A DNA stretch of 64,000 bases from Tilletiaria anomala UBC 951 (taxonomy: Eukaryota). A program made the position numbers and the translations under genes. How positions within the stretch are numbered: position 1 is the stretch's first letter; the number at the start of each line of letters is the position of its first letter. The DNA is taken from positions 186,001 through 250,000 of the forward strand of contig NW_013547012.1 in NCBI RefSeq assembly GCF_000711695.1, read 5' to 3'. The notes under the pieces were generated by a model. The model worked only from the letters and a program-made list of their open reading frames with translations. It searched no databases and was not told the DNA's origin. This document shows, piece after piece, positions 46,421 through 62,621 of the stretch.

Positions 46421-48119
46421 CCTGCTCAGAGCCTTTCTCAAGAGTGCAAATGATAGCTATTGAAGACACTGCCTTGTTTGACAGAGAGTCAAGGAGTTAG
46501 CTGCAAATTTGTGCCAATCATCATACACAACTGCAAGGCAGTGCTGAAAGGACCTGGGAGCGTATCGTCAATGTAACATGCACTATGACATCAAAGCGTT
46601 GTCTCCTTCGGCTGGGCTGTATGCAGATATATGGTGTCTCTTTGTGGACAATTGACAACAAGGGCGCATCAATCCCAGCTTTGGACCCTCGCAGAAGCAC
46701 GATGAAGATCATGCTTGGAACAGAATATGACAATGCACACGATGTGACCCACACTGGTCGTATGTATCCCGGACGAGATGGCGCTGGGGAGGCGTCGGTG
46801 TCATTCCAATTCGTTCAAGGAAAAAAAGGGGGGCGGTCTGCCACAAAGTACAAAATGGTGGATGCGCAACACCAGACCGCAACCGAATCTACAAGGCAAC
46901 CAGATCGACATAGCGGCCATGGCGGATGCCCGACCGACCTGATGCAAGTCGCAAGATTGTGCATGGCGCAACAGGCCAACAATCCTCCAACCCCTTCCAG
47001 CTTGGACGGGTCCCCAGAATTCGTTCATGTCACAGCCACCAACGCTAGAACGGACGCTGTTAAAAGTGCCTTGCGTTGAGTCGCACAAGCCCTCAATCAT
47101 CACTTGACCTCACCGACGATGCCGCGGAGTGACAGACGCTCCTAAGATGCTTACGTAATGATGTTTCACAAGGCCCCGTCGGAGAACTAAATCCTATAAA
47201 CCAAGGTGACAAACTCGACCCTCCATCCGCGAGGGCGACGCAGCCCTACCTTTTAGATGACAGGTCCCAGCTGTCGACTGAGCCTGCACGAGGCTTACGA
47301 GGCAAGCAGAGTACTCCTCTCGCAGCCCGCAAGGGACTCCCATCTGCCAATAAGAGAGGGCTCAACGCACCAGCCGTACGTACATATCGCCAAGTAGAGA
47401 TTGCACTTTCCCCTTTGCTCCTCTCCACTGCGTTCACCATTCCGACTCGACTGGCATGGGGATGGGTGGAACAGTGGAGACGGGGAAGCCTGGTGTTTTA
47501 TGGATGATATATTCTCAATTGATGATGCATCTGTTGTCGCCTGTCAACACAGCGCCCGCCGTCGACGGACGAGACCAATTGTGCACTACATACGTTACTG
47601 GATGAGAGTCTTGACAGGAGCTCGAGTCGGAGGGTGACGAGCGGTCGGTGGCTTTGGGCTGCGCAGCTGTGTCAGTCAGTCGTGTTGATTGTGTCCGCGC
47701 CCCCGGCGATAACCTGCGCCAGCCCTCCCCTCCCCTCGAGTTGCTCTCACTTCGCCGCTCTTCCCCTTCCACCGCTCACCCACTTTTTTGCCCGCCACGT
47801 CACGCTCAGCAGCTAGGCAGCTTGGCAGCACTCTCATCTTCTCGTCTCCCTCTTTAATTGGTGTGTGGTTGCTCTCTTCGGCGTCCGATCAAGCTGTCGC
47901 TCAGCTCAGCTCAGCACAACACTGCACATCTCACCTCAGCTTACCGTCGACACCCGGGTACCGCCCTTCTTGGCAGCACGAGGAGTCTCCGAAGCGAGCT
48001 GGCCAAGCGGCGGCTCTTCAGTGTCAGACCTCTCTAGCTGGTGTGCGCATGAGCCACAGAGGTTGGATCCCGCCGACTCTGCATTTTCGTGTTGGAACAC
48101 GAATAGCCTGCGAGTAACC

Positions 48120-51100
48120 ATGTCGGCATCCACATCCATACCCAGCGTCTGGCCCACTGCGCAGCAGCAGCAGCACACAGGCAATCACATCATGGGTTCT
48201 GACACAATGCACGGAAGGCGGGAGGGATCTGCCGTACCTAAGCCGGGGCACCAGGACAGCCCGAACAGGCCGCCGCCCAAGAAGAGGAACCGCCTGGCCT
48301 TCAGCTGCACGGCGTGTCGGTGAGTGTCGATGCCTCGTGTGCGCTCTGCTCACGGGAAGTGGCCTGACAGCTGCGGATACCTCGGGCACTGTCTTGGCCC
48401 CCTTTGCAGCGAAAAGAAGATCAAGTGCAATCGCATGATCCCATGTGATCAATGCATCAAGCGCGGCGACGAAAGGCTCTGTCACATCGAGCCTTTCAAG
48501 CATAAGGCGGCCGAGGCCAAGGCCAAGGTCGAGGAAGAGGCCCGTGCTGCTGCCATCGCAGCAGGGCAGGACCCCGAGGCAGCCGCAGCCGCAGCCGCCT
48601 ACGCCTTTGCCCAAGAACAACAGCAGATCCAACTGCAGCAGCAAGAAGAGGCGGAGCACAACCATGCGCTGGAGATCGCCAATGGATCACACGCTGCCGC
48701 AGATGCAGAGGTTACCACAGCAGTCGCGGCGGCGGCGGATGAGAACAGGATATCCAAGTCGCGGCCTAGCAACAAAGGCAGGCAGTCGACCGGCGGCAAG
48801 AAGAGCAAAGATGGCATTGCTGCGCTATCACTGACCACGTACACCACGCAGTCACAGGTGCAATATACACAGGTGCCGTCTTTCGGCGCATACCCCTCTT
48901 CGGGCTCGCCCGTCAACCCTGGGAACATGACCACAGCTCCGATGGTTTCTGGGGCCGAGATGCAAGAGATGCAGGCAATCAAAGCCCGGCTAGCGCAGCT
49001 GGAAGCCGCACTGGAGGCCAAGGCGGCTGCAGCAGTAGCAGCAACGGGGGGAGGCAGACTGTCCACTCCCAGCAGCGCAGGTGCGAGCCCCGCTGCCGCC
49101 TACCACAGTAATGGCGGCAAACAGCCCGGCAGCCCCGGCATCTTCCCTACGCAACTCCAGCACCCGCAGCAACAGCATCAGCCGCCACAGAGGAGTGGCA
49201 GCCAGACGAGCATGGCTGGTCAGATCTACCCGACGCACAACATGACCTCGACAGTCAGGAGCCCCGTCTCGGCGCTAACGGGCTCCATCTATAGCAACAG
49301 CGTCAGTAGCAGCAGTGTGGCGGCGCAGCCGCTCGTCACACCAGCACCTGGCTACGCACAAATGACGGACGTGTATCACCCCACGTCTGCGCATCTAGGC
49401 ACCAGCCAGCCGCACGCATTACCGCCTTTCAACAACCTCTTCGGGCGTGCGCCGGCCACAGTGGCTACGGCTACCACGGGCCCAGGTGCAATATCGAGCG
49501 CGGCTCCTGGTGTCGCCGACAGGCGCGGTCCCAACGACACGTCCTTCTTCGACTCGTACTCGTCTGGCTCCCTGCTCGGCAGTGCGAGCGGTGCAGGCAG
49601 GCGAAGCACCAATACTGCCGGGGGCGTATCTGGCGCCAGCAACAACGGTGTCGCGGGCTGGAGCGCATACAGGCGCTCGGCACCGCTGGGCGAGCTCGCG
49701 CCCGGCTCCACGGCTGCCGCTAGCCTCAGCAGCAGCAGCAGCAGCAGCAGTAACAGCAGCAACAGCAGTAGCACGGCGCAGGGTGCTCCAAACGTCACCC
49801 ACAGTGGCTTGTCGACGCACGCCGAAGGGACTGGCGCTGCCGGCTGCACCAGCAGCATTGCCGGCGGGCCATCCTACATCTCCCTGCCCAACGGTCATGT
49901 TCGCATGGAGGTCGACAGCGACACGGAGGACGCGGCGCTCGTACTTGAAGGGCTCGCCATGGGCGCGCGCGATCTGAGAGACAGCAAGCTCGCCGTCAGC
50001 AAGCTCGTCAACGCCGCTGAGGGCTGCCCCAGCTTGCGCACATCCACAGGCAGCCAACGAGATGCAGCGACTCCAGCGACGGCTCGCGCGGGCGGCGAAG
50101 CTGGTGGCGGCGCTGCGGCGTCGAAGGCAAGCAAAAGTGTCACACGTAACTCCAGCAACCAGAGCATCGCGGCCGAGTCTGCCCTGCGCTCGGCTGCCGC
50201 AGCACCGGCCGCTGGCACCTGCGCTGGCACCGACGACGATGACAAGATGCCGGACGTGACCACGCCGGGTGGGCGCGCCGCGTGGCAGCGCAAGGTCGAG
50301 AGATGCGCTGCAGACTCGAAAGCAGGCAAGCTCGAGATCCAGCACACGGACATCCTCGATCCGCGGCGCATGGGGAAGTTTGGCAAGTTTGTCGAGTGCG
50401 ACAAGCGTGTCGACATCATGCTCCCCGTCGCCGAGGGCGGCACGTCGCGCGAGACCGATGAGGCCTTCGTCCCGCACCCACCCGGCCAGGCACTCACTGG
50501 CTGGCCGATAAGTGGCCGCAAGGACACAAAGATGGGCGATGTCACGCTGAGCAGCGGCAGCGTACAGGCTGCCTGCGATGGGAGGGAGGCGAAGGGCGGA
50601 GACGCGGACATGCATGAGCTCAGCGCCGACAGCACCACTGGCATCAAATCGGACAGCAGGGACAAAGCCGACGCCAGAGACGGCGGCGCGGAGAGCTGCG
50701 GAGCAAAGACCATGCCCTGCCGCCTCGCTTGCGAGAACCACGGCCTCTTCAGACTGAAACAAGGTCCCGAGACGCTGCTTGGTTGGGGCATGGGCTTTGC
50801 ATGGGGTGCCGCCGAGGCAGCAGGAGAGTACAAGACGATCAAAGGCTCCCTCTGCCCTGGCAGCGCTGAGCGCGAGGCTGTGCTGCGCGCTGTCATCCGC
50901 ACACTCCCGAACAAGGAGATTGCGTCCCAGCTTGTCGATGTGTACGCCAGCCGCGTCTATTACCTCACCGGCCACGTCGTGCATATTCCCACGCTGCGCC
51001 GCGAGATGGAGGCATTCTACTCGTTTGACTCGGTTGAGAAGCAGGCGCGCGTACTCAACTTTGTCGACCCGGCCTGGCTCTCCGTCTTCCTTATGATCCT

Positions 51101-53623
51101 CGTCCTCGGCATGCAATTCTACCCGTGCTATCCACCCGAGCACTACATCAACATCCAGCACCTCTTCGACGGCAAGACGATTCACCTGTGGTACTCGGCG
51201 CACAAGACGATCCTCATCCTCGCGCGCTACCAGTGCAGCCAGTCCGTCGCGGTGCTACAGGCGATCCTCCTGTCCGACCTGCACGGCGCCGAGTCAGATC
51301 GCACGCAGATGAGCCTGTTGCGCATGGCCATCTCCACCGCGCAGGAGATGGGCCTCCATCGCCTCGGCGACGCCATCCGCCAGCCGCAGCCGGGAGAGGC
51401 ACCCGGCACAACGATCTTGAGGGAGATGTACAAGCGCATCTGGTGGTCGCTCGTCTGGCGCGACTGGGTGTCGTGCTTGAAGGTTTCCAATGCGTATAGC
51501 ATCCACCCCGGGCAGTTCAACACGCCCTATCCAGGGAACTAGTGAGTCACAAGAGAGTCATCGCGCTCAGAGCCCGTGCACTGAAGGACATGACTCTCTT
51601 TTTGTTATGCAGCAACGATGAAGATCTTTGCCAGTCGCCATTGCCGCCGCCCAAGCCGCCTTCGGAGCATACCGAAATGTCGTTCGTGCTAAGCAAACTC
51701 ATGATCGCTGATGCAGCCCGCGAGAATGTCGACCTGCTCAACCAGCGCGATATGGAGGGCGCACGTGACGGCACGTCTCGCCATCTGACGTGCCAGGACA
51801 CGTCACGTCTGGATGCGCGCTTCCGTGCGATCCTCGAGAACGTGCCTTCCTTCTTCCAAGTTGGCAGCGACGTTGGTGCCGGCACGGACATTGAAGTCCA
51901 GCGGTGGCTTCTGCAGCAGGGCGTTTTCTCCAAGTTGTTGCGCTTACATCGTGGCGGTCTCAGCTCGAGGACGAAGAGCCGCACTTCGTGTGTGCTGCTC
52001 GCACGCTCGATCCTCGACATGCAGAAGAAGGTACGCTCGCGCTGCACGGTCGTCGATCGGCTGTGGTTCATCCTGATGCAGAGCTTCAACGCCGCTGTTG
52101 TCCTGTGCTTGGACCTGTTCAGCACGCCGTCTCCGCCAGCGATGCGCGAGATCATCCGCTCCGAGATCGGCGAGGCGCTCGACTCGTTGCGTCTGGTGCA
52201 GTCCACCAACCCAAACGTCTCGCGCTGCATCCGCATTCTCGAGGCTCTGCTCGCCGAAGAGGAGATGCAGTGGAAGCGTCGCGGTGAGGGTGGCAACAAC
52301 TTCGCCAATGAGATCAGCGCAGGCAAAAGGAAGCGTGGCGACCAGGCTCAGGGTGCAGGACGCAAGGCTGTGCTCAGCTTGGCGCTTCGCATCAAGCGCG
52401 CCATTGAGGACAACCCTCTGCCAGAGGATGGAGATGCAGCCGCTGCATCGACACAGGAGACACGTAGTAATGACGCCGAAACGGCATCGGCATCGGCAAC
52501 GGCACCTGCAAAAGATGCTTTCGCTAAGGAGCTGAGTGAGTGTGCCAGAGACAAAGGATAGACACCATCGAGCCTCTGACACTCCCCTTTCCGATCTGCA
52601 GTGGAGCAGCTCATGCATCCCCAATTCACGGCGGAGAACGACCAATCCTCAGCGGCCAACTTCCCCTACTTAGTCAATACTGGCCAGCAGTACACGCTCG
52701 AGCAACAAGCCGTCGCACCCAATGGCGTTATCACCAACATGCGCAACGCACCACCGGATGGACAGCCGTTCGACTTGTCAACCTTCTTGGCGCAGTACGA
52801 GTCGCCGCCGAGCGGCTCCGATGACATGCAGAGTATCTTGTCTTCCAACAGTAGCGTGGCATGGAGTCCAGAAAACTCAAACGCATCCAGTCGACCGTCG
52901 GTGCGCGCGTCTGGCTCCTCGACCGATCTTACTTCGAATGCGAGCTCCGTCGAGCGGTTATCTCTGTCAAGACAAGGGTCTTCGGACCAATTGAACCTGA
53001 AGAGACAAGACCTTCAGCAACAGCAACATGCACAGCAGCAATTTGTAGGGCGTGATGCAATAGAGCCCACCACTGGTCTGGACTCGTTCTGGGATTGGAT
53101 CTTGGGCCAAGGTGGGACCGCCACCCAATCGATCCCTTCAATGCAGCAGCCGTCACCACAATCACAGCAGCAGCCAGCACCGCCACAATCGCAGACGCAG
53201 ACGCAAGTCCAAACCCAGGCGCAGGCGCAAACCCCGAATAGTCAATCGGCGGGACAGCAAATGATATCCGCACCTGCGCCATCCTCTCAGCCTCAGCAAC
53301 CAGATCCGAATGCTATCACTGCACCTGATGCGACGCCGGAAAGCTACTTTGCTCAACTACCCGGCCGCGCACCCATGCTGAATGGCAGCTTGCTTCCCAC
53401 GCCGATGCCGGCATTGCAGAGCGAAGGGCCCATGACACCTTCCAAAGCAGCTGGTGTCACCGGTTTTGAAGGTTATGGTAGCGCATACGGCCTCAACCAG
53501 CCTGCTGGCGGAGCGCCTGCGAGCGCCAGCACACCTTTCTCCATGGGCACTCCTTCTTCAGGCTTCGACTCCTGGTTCGCCACCTCCCTCACAAATCTGG
53601 AATCGTTCATGCAGACAGATTGA
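48120..53623 (+). CDS. Zn(II)2Cys6 fungal transcription factor with Fungal_trans domain; introns 48320-48408, 51542-51612, 52536-52601
   Basis: KKRNRLAFSCTACR|EKKIKCNRMIPCDQCIKRGDERLC binuclear cluster; middle homology region AISTAQEMGLHRLG...REMYKRIWWSLVWRDW...FNTPYPGN. Confidence 0.92.
49728..49772 (+). repeat. (AGC)n-rich tract encoding poly-Ser in the transcription factor
   Basis: agcagcagcagcagcagcagcagtaacagcagcaacagcagtagc. Confidence 0.85.
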
Positions 53624-54299
53624 TGGATCAGGTCCAGGCCTTTCTGCACATACATTTCGCACGTTCCAGCGCGCTTCCGTCATAAAACTTTGGATTTTCT
53701 CGTGTGTGTATTGTATTCCCTTTTGTCGATGCAGCATCGCTCTCCAATCCCAAAGCTGGAGTCCCCACTTCTGCGTCCGTCCACTCGCAGCTCCCCACGA
53801 CTTTATCGTCGACATTGGAGGCTCCGTATCTGGCACATCGAATCGGCGTTTTTGCAGCAAGCTGCGCGTTTCCCCGGATGGGCTGGGGTTGGCTGCTTTG
53901 TCAGAATATTGATGACTATATTTTTCTCTAGCACACATGGCCCTGCTGCCTCGCTACGATGCATATGTTCCCCAATTGAAAATGATCGCCGTTCCCCTCG
54001 GATGAGCTTGGCGTGCCAGACCATTGCGAAAAAACGGCTAAAGCCTTTATTTGACTGGTTTTAGCTGCTCATGGCGATTGGGTCAACCCATTCCGGCGAC
54101 CTCTATTTAAAAGCCGATGAAAAGTTTGTACATACTGGCCGGTTGTGACGCAAGTGGGCCCAGTGATACAAGCTCGCCCTCTGCTGGATAGCGATGTTTC
54201 ATCTACTGTGCTTGGCTACGGTGCTTGTTGCCGATCGCAAGTGATGTCGCAATAGACTTTCATACGTTTTGATTGTCAGTACGGTCATCCCTTGTCATT

Positions 54300-55500
54300 G
54301 GAGCAAGAGTCCAACTTTCTGAGAGGGGAAAATTGACCAGTCCGGCAGACGGTAAGCCTTTCCAGCTCTGTTCGTCTCCCAAAGGTCAATTTACGTTTGC
54401 AAGAATCAAAGGGTGTCTTTCTCTAAAGATCACCGCTGCCGTTTGTTTATCAGCATCACCTCAAACGCTTCTTGCGATGGTGAATTCGCTTGGCTTTGAT
54501 CCCTGAGTGCGGTTAATGTGGGCTGCAAGTCTTGAATAGCTCGCCAGTACTGGTTCATCGCCAAGTCGAACGACGGATCGTTCACAGGCGGGTTCTGAAC
54601 CGGTGTCTGGGCAAACACCGGGGGCAGTTCGGTTAACATCAACACCTTCTGGGTCCTCGAAGTCTGGAAGTATGGAACGAGCCCCCTGATCGCCACGAGT
54701 TTCCGGTACATCATCTCCATTAGGCGTTCTAGGAAGTACAGCTCTTGCTCAGGGCCTTCATCAGGTTATTTGTATTGTAAGCATTTCTTTGGATCCGGAG
54801 CCTTGCGCGAGCTGTTGAAGCCTTGCAGAAGTTCGACCAGTGAATCTGTGATATCAAAACCTATGTACCCCTCAGAAATTTCTGCCATCCGATCCGATGG
54901 TTCTATATCAACCCCCATGAAAGAGTCCGCGCAGTGGGTTTTGTTCTACCCTAGATCATCCACAAGAGGCTCTGAGACGGTACTGGGAAGCAAAAGAGCA
55001 TTTTGAGTGACTCTGTATACTCTCTCACAGTTGGAGAAGATGCCATTGATGACTTACACAGCTGCAGAAAAACTCGCATTGCTTCCCGACACGACCCATT
55101 TATAGATTCTACGGTTTCTACATCCCTCGACGCATCCGCGATGACATCGAGCTCAGCAGTCTTGCCGGGGGAGCTCTCGGAGGCTCGGCAGGTGCTTCAG
55201 GATCGGCTCGAGATCTTTGCGATAGTTAACGATATTCTTGATGAAAGTATCTTCCCAGCGCCGTCGGCTCCGTCTTCCTACTTTGTCCCACCCTCCTTCC
55301 AGATATACCCCGCTCATTGCTCCTCGGTGGATCTGTCGGCAACGGCGGCCTCTTCTGGTGACATCGCTCTCGGCTTTGCATCTTCCTTGTTCCCCGCCTT
55401 GGGTCCGCAAAGATCCACTCCTTCGGTCATCCGTAGAAGCCCTAGCCATATAGATTTTCGGACCACCATTGCCAGCGGACTTGTACATGGAACACTCAAA
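54300..55500 (-). pseudogene. Probable degraded protein-coding gene of unknown family
   Basis: One minus-strand frame reads protein-like over several hundred nt, broken by isolated TAA/TAG: ..SAAV*VINGIFSNCERVY...LVDDLG*NKTHCADSFMGVDIEP...KKCLQYK*PDEGPEQELYFLERLMEMMYRKLVAIRGLVPYFQ...NQYWRAIQDL. No family recognised. Confidence 0.4.
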
Positions 55501-56857
55501 TGTATTGCAAGCCTTTGGGCGGAAGCTCCACCCGACGTAAGAAGCTACGGACGTGAATAACAGACAACAAACAGATCAAGCGCCAGAGGCTGAAGAAGAA
55601 ACCCCATGGGAGAAGTGCGATTTCACTCAGCATCTTCCCCGCAAATACAGGCGCATGGCCTTCAGGATTTCACCTTGCATCATCCCAGGCTCTAGGGGGT
55701 ATGCATCTTATGCGCAGATTTTGTAATGATTTCTCTGATGAGGCTTGTCAGCGGAGGCATAGGTCGCTGGGCCTTCTTGTGAGCCTCAAGATGATGATCC
55801 TGTTAAGCATAGGGCGAGGCTTCAAGACGTCGCCTGCTCTTTGAAATTGCGAGCTTCGTCAGGCTCAAACCCAAGTATCTGAGAGTAGCATGCCATGCTT
55901 GCCGATAATGCGGACCGCCCTTGTTCCCATATTTGCCGTTCACATGTTCATTATTCATGCGTTCACCGTTGACCAATATTCGCTGTCACGAACGAGCAGG
56001 TGCTGGCTCACCGAGTGCGCATTGCGCTTGAGTTCAGCACGACTGCTTTGGAGGGCATTTGCTCCCTGGAATCCGCAAGCATGTGAACACAAGGCGCCGG
56101 AAATTGCAGATCAATCAGTGTATCAGATGTTAGCATGTGTATGTCCCAGATGCATACCGAAGGACACCCAGTCCAAGACGAGAACCTTATTTTCGGCTCG
56201 AAAAAAGAACTAATTAAGCATATAAAAATTATGAAAAGCGGGGTTAAGGAGCCCGGAAAAATGTACTAGAATCCTATTGCGGTGAATAGCCGGCGACATA
56301 GGTCCAGGGCCGTCTCCGGATAAAACCCCCACCTCAACTCCCATACAAGCACAAATGGAACATACTATCAAGCAAGAACACCATCGGCAACGCACTACCA
56401 GTCAGTCACCAGTATGTGTACAAGAGCAGTCCCATTTTTTAATTCCACACTCTCCCTCTCCATACCTCCATCACCGGCCATGAACGTCGATGGATTGCTC
56501 GAGCCATGATCACGAGCAAGCCAAGCGCAGGTGGACACACGCCATTTGTTGTAGAGTCTTGTCGAGACTCAAGATCCATGCTCTCATCTGGACGTGACCT
56601 CGACACTCGATTGTTCAACGCCCACGGCGAGGCGGAGGATCCTAGGGCTTCGGTTTCACCATCATCTTCGGTACATTCATTGCATTTTGTGTAGCTAGCA
56701 ATCGGTAACGAACCGCTCCACTGCTTTTCCAACCCCGAAAAAAAAGATGCGCCACGCAGCGGAGGAGCAGAGCCGAGACACAACGGACGCCCGCGTACGA
56801 CCCTCCGACGTTCTGCCTGTCTTCAGCGCAGGTGTCACCGCTGTCGGTGTCATCGAC

Positions 56858-58517
56858 ATGGTGGCAGAGCGCCAAGTGAACCTCGGCCTTGCCAAGCCGC
56901 AAAATGCGGGGGGCAAAAATGATATTACTGATCACGTGAACGACAGACCTGCGACTATAGCTGATCAAGACAGCGAGAAAAGCAGCCCAGTCGAGTCTCA
57001 AGAGCCCAGCTTTCCAGACGGAGGCTGGAGGTGCGATATACCCGTTGATCGTAAAGCAGTTCCAGATCGGCCTGGCTCACCATTGCTTCTTCCAATTCCA
57101 TCAGGGCATGGTCGGTGGTCGCTGGCTGTGGTCTCATCTATTTTAGTGCGTCATACCCTCCAAGATCACACACCTTCGCGTTCCAATGACTAATGCAATA
57201 CTTTTTCAGGTACTTTTGGACTCTACGTCGGTCAGAGCGCGGTCCTTCAGGAGTACTTCACTACAGAGCTGCTGCGTGACAAGTCCAATTCGCAGGTCGC
57301 ATGGATCACGTCCTTCCAAGTCTTCCTGCTGTACGCCAGCGGGTTATTCACAGGGCGTCTGTTTGACGCTGGGTATTGCCGCCACATGATGCTCACGTCC
57401 ATGGTTCTCATGGTGCTCTGCCAAATGTGTGTTTCGCTATGCACCGAGTACTACCAACTCTTCCTTGCACTCAGCGTTGGCGCCGGGCTGCCGATGGGCA
57501 TCCTGTTTAACACCGTACATAATCGGCTTGCAAAGTATGCTCTCTCTGCGAGCATAATGCTGATTACCTGGTGTTTCGCTTTCTTCTCCTACAGACCAGC
57601 GTGATCCCGACGCAATGGTTCTTCAAGAAGCGGGCATTTGTCATCTCCATCGTCGTCTCCAGCAGCTCCGCGGGTGGTGTCATATGGCCAATTGCACTCT
57701 CACATCTCATTCGGGACATAGGCTTCCCATGGACCATGCGCTTCGTCGGGTTCCTTCTCATGCTCCTGTTCGCCGTTGCCTTCCTACTGATCAAGACGCG
57801 CCTCCCGCCAAAAGGCATAGAAAAGGGGCAAAATGTGCTGCTCAGCCTGTTAGACGTCCAAAGCTTCTACAACCCTGCCTTCGTATTGCTCGTTGCAGGC
57901 GTGTGTCTCGCTGTTTTTGGGTTCTACATCCCATACCAGTATCTTTCGATCTATGCTTGCGACAAAGGGTTGCCTCTTGGGTCCTACTATGTGTCTATTC
58001 TCAATGCTGTAGGTGGCGTTGCGGCTCCTGCGCGACCAGCAAGACCATGCTTACTGACGCTCCAATCAATCTGCAGTCATCAACAATTGGGCGCATAGGA
58101 CCTGGCCTTTTAGCCGATCGGTACGGTCGGCTGAATGTCCTAGTTCCTTTCGTCGCCCTCACCGCTCTTATGGTACTCATCATGTCGGCCTGCACGACGC
58201 ACACCAGTCTGGTCGTCTACTGCATATTCTTTGGCATTTGCGGTGGCTCGTTCATCGGCCTATGGATATCCAGTGCTGCTCAGTTCGGCCCAACGCACAG
58301 CATAGGCGCGCGATTAGGAACGATCATGTTCATCGTTGCGTTCCCTGCGGTCGTCGGCACGCCCATCGCTGGCGCCATCCTCGGTGACGGGCAGCAGCTC
58401 CCCTATCGCTGGTGGCCCATGACCGCGTACGGCGGAGGTCTCGGCTTCATAGGTGCTGGGCTCATCGCCCTGGCGCGATGGAAGGCGAGCAAACAAGCGA
58501 AATCTTGGCTAGTTTGA
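56858..58517 (+). CDS. MFS monocarboxylate-porter (MCT/Mch) family transporter, 5 exons (an in-frame upstream ATG exists at 56747)
   Basis: FPDGGWR|AWSVVAG, QVAWITSFQVFL...GRLFDAGY, QWFFKKRA, GFPWTMR, GRIGPGLLADRYGRLN, GTPIAGAIL. Confidence 0.9.
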
Positions 58518-59276
58518 CCCTTTGGCCATCCTTCTGCCTCAGCATTGCACGGTGGATTTATAACAAGCTGCAATGCCTCATCTGTGCCCTCTTCCATGCA
58601 GTTTTCCACACATGCTGTACCATAGAGGTCTTCTTCGATTTACGCAGCTTTCAATTGCAAGCCTCTGATCTAAGGGTCTGAGGGTCTGTCGGTAACTTTA
58701 ACGCGATCTGTTGATGAGATGTGAGCGGGTTCAAAGCGGCGGATGGCGGCGCAGCAGTCTCTCTAAAGCTACTGCCTGCCGGCCGAGAATTACTTCTCGG
58801 TCTCCATGCGCGTCTGTAGAGAGTTGGGGCACGCAGACCCATGTTTGATCTTCATGGTTCACGACTAGCTTTCGTTCTTCATGCTCACCACACCGCTTGA
58901 TTTCTTCCAGTCTGAGTTGGCCGCAAGGAACTTGCCAGGTGGTTCGCTGAATGCTGTAAGCTCAAGCCGCTGAGGACACCTCCAAGAGGCCATTCGCGCA
59001 CAGCTGTCTTTCTTTTGTTGGGGTGGCCGCCTCGCGCGGCAGTTGATGCGCCGCGGTGCCGTCGCAATCAGTTCCTCACTTGAATCGAGCTTACAGTTTC
59101 GCCTTGGACCGAGTCTCGCAGTCGCAACGTCTGCTGTATCCGCAGTTGTGCATCGCACGATACGCTTTGTCACAGCCTCCTTTCCACCGACTCCATTGCT
59201 GCTTGCAAGTGGACTCCCTCAGGAATCAGGACGTGCTACCACTTGACATCTATTGCAGTCCGGCTTTTCAGACACC

Positions 59277-61569
<2,293 letters not shown>

Positions 61570-61674
61570 TTCACTAGCTATCCACGAGATCGCATGCTCG
61601 CTCGTCCTACCATTCCCTACCTTGCACCGCGCAATGGATGTATTGTACTTGGTAATTACAAAAATGTAGCAAAT

Positions 61675-62621
61675 TCAGAGGCGTTTGGCGATCTGAATCG
61701 CACCTTTGCAGCCATAGCCAACAATCGCGCTTAGCAACGCATGCGCGGGAGCCTGTTGAGCGTCGTGCTCGACGGCAGTGTCCAAGTGTTCGAGCTCGTC
61801 ATCTCGGAACTCGGTGATGACCTCAGAGAGAAGCGGAAGAGAAGGATGGAGGCCGGATGTTGGGCACCCTGGCCCTGACGTATCTGATTCCCTCGCTGAC
61901 TGTGAATGGTCCATGACCGGCGATGGCGGGGTTTGGGTGGTGATTTTGCGCAGATGCACGAGTTGGCTGAGGCAACCAAGCTGAATCGTCAGCACAGTCA
62001 GCGCGAAAGCTCAGAGCTGAATACTCACTCCTCATAGTGTTCTCCGATTACGGTTTCGACTGCTTCAGTGCACGCCATTGCTGCTTCCTTTCCTATAAGC
62101 GCTGTTGCCGCACCAAGTATCTTTCCTGCAAGACTCCAGACCGGAAGCAAAGCTGACGGTCGCGTCCGATGTTGGGCGAGGAGCATCTCTGCAACCTTAA
62201 GGTGCTTTTTTTCCGTATCCCACATATCGAGCATCATCTTCTTAGTCTTTGTATCTCCTAGAAGACCAAATACGTTCGCCTGCGCTTGATAGATAGTGTT
62301 TGCAGCAATTTCGCCGGCGTGGTCGACTCTGAGCATGCCTTCAAGAGCATCGCGGTCGGCTGGTGAAAGGTTCATTGGTGTCTCTCGGGTTGCTCGGTCG
62401 CGCTCACTAGTGGATGGCATAGAAGCGGCTCCCTTGGACCCAGCCGAGCCTGGAGAGGAGTAGAAGGTTGAAGTATAAGCGGAGGATGCGAGCGGCTGAG
62501 CACTAACATGGGGCTTTGTGGAGTGCCATCGTTGGGAGAAGAAAGCTCGGGAGACGGTTGAACCACGGAGCCTCCACGGGAGGAGGGCCACGCGTGCGCA
62601 GGACGCACAGGTCGGTGTCAT
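61675..62621 (-). CDS. COQ7: 5-demethoxyubiquinone hydroxylase (di-iron), one intron
   Basis: MLRVDHAGEIAANTIYQAQ, EKKH, AAMACTEAVETVIGEHY|.QL, EFRDDELEHLDTAV. Confidence 0.94.
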
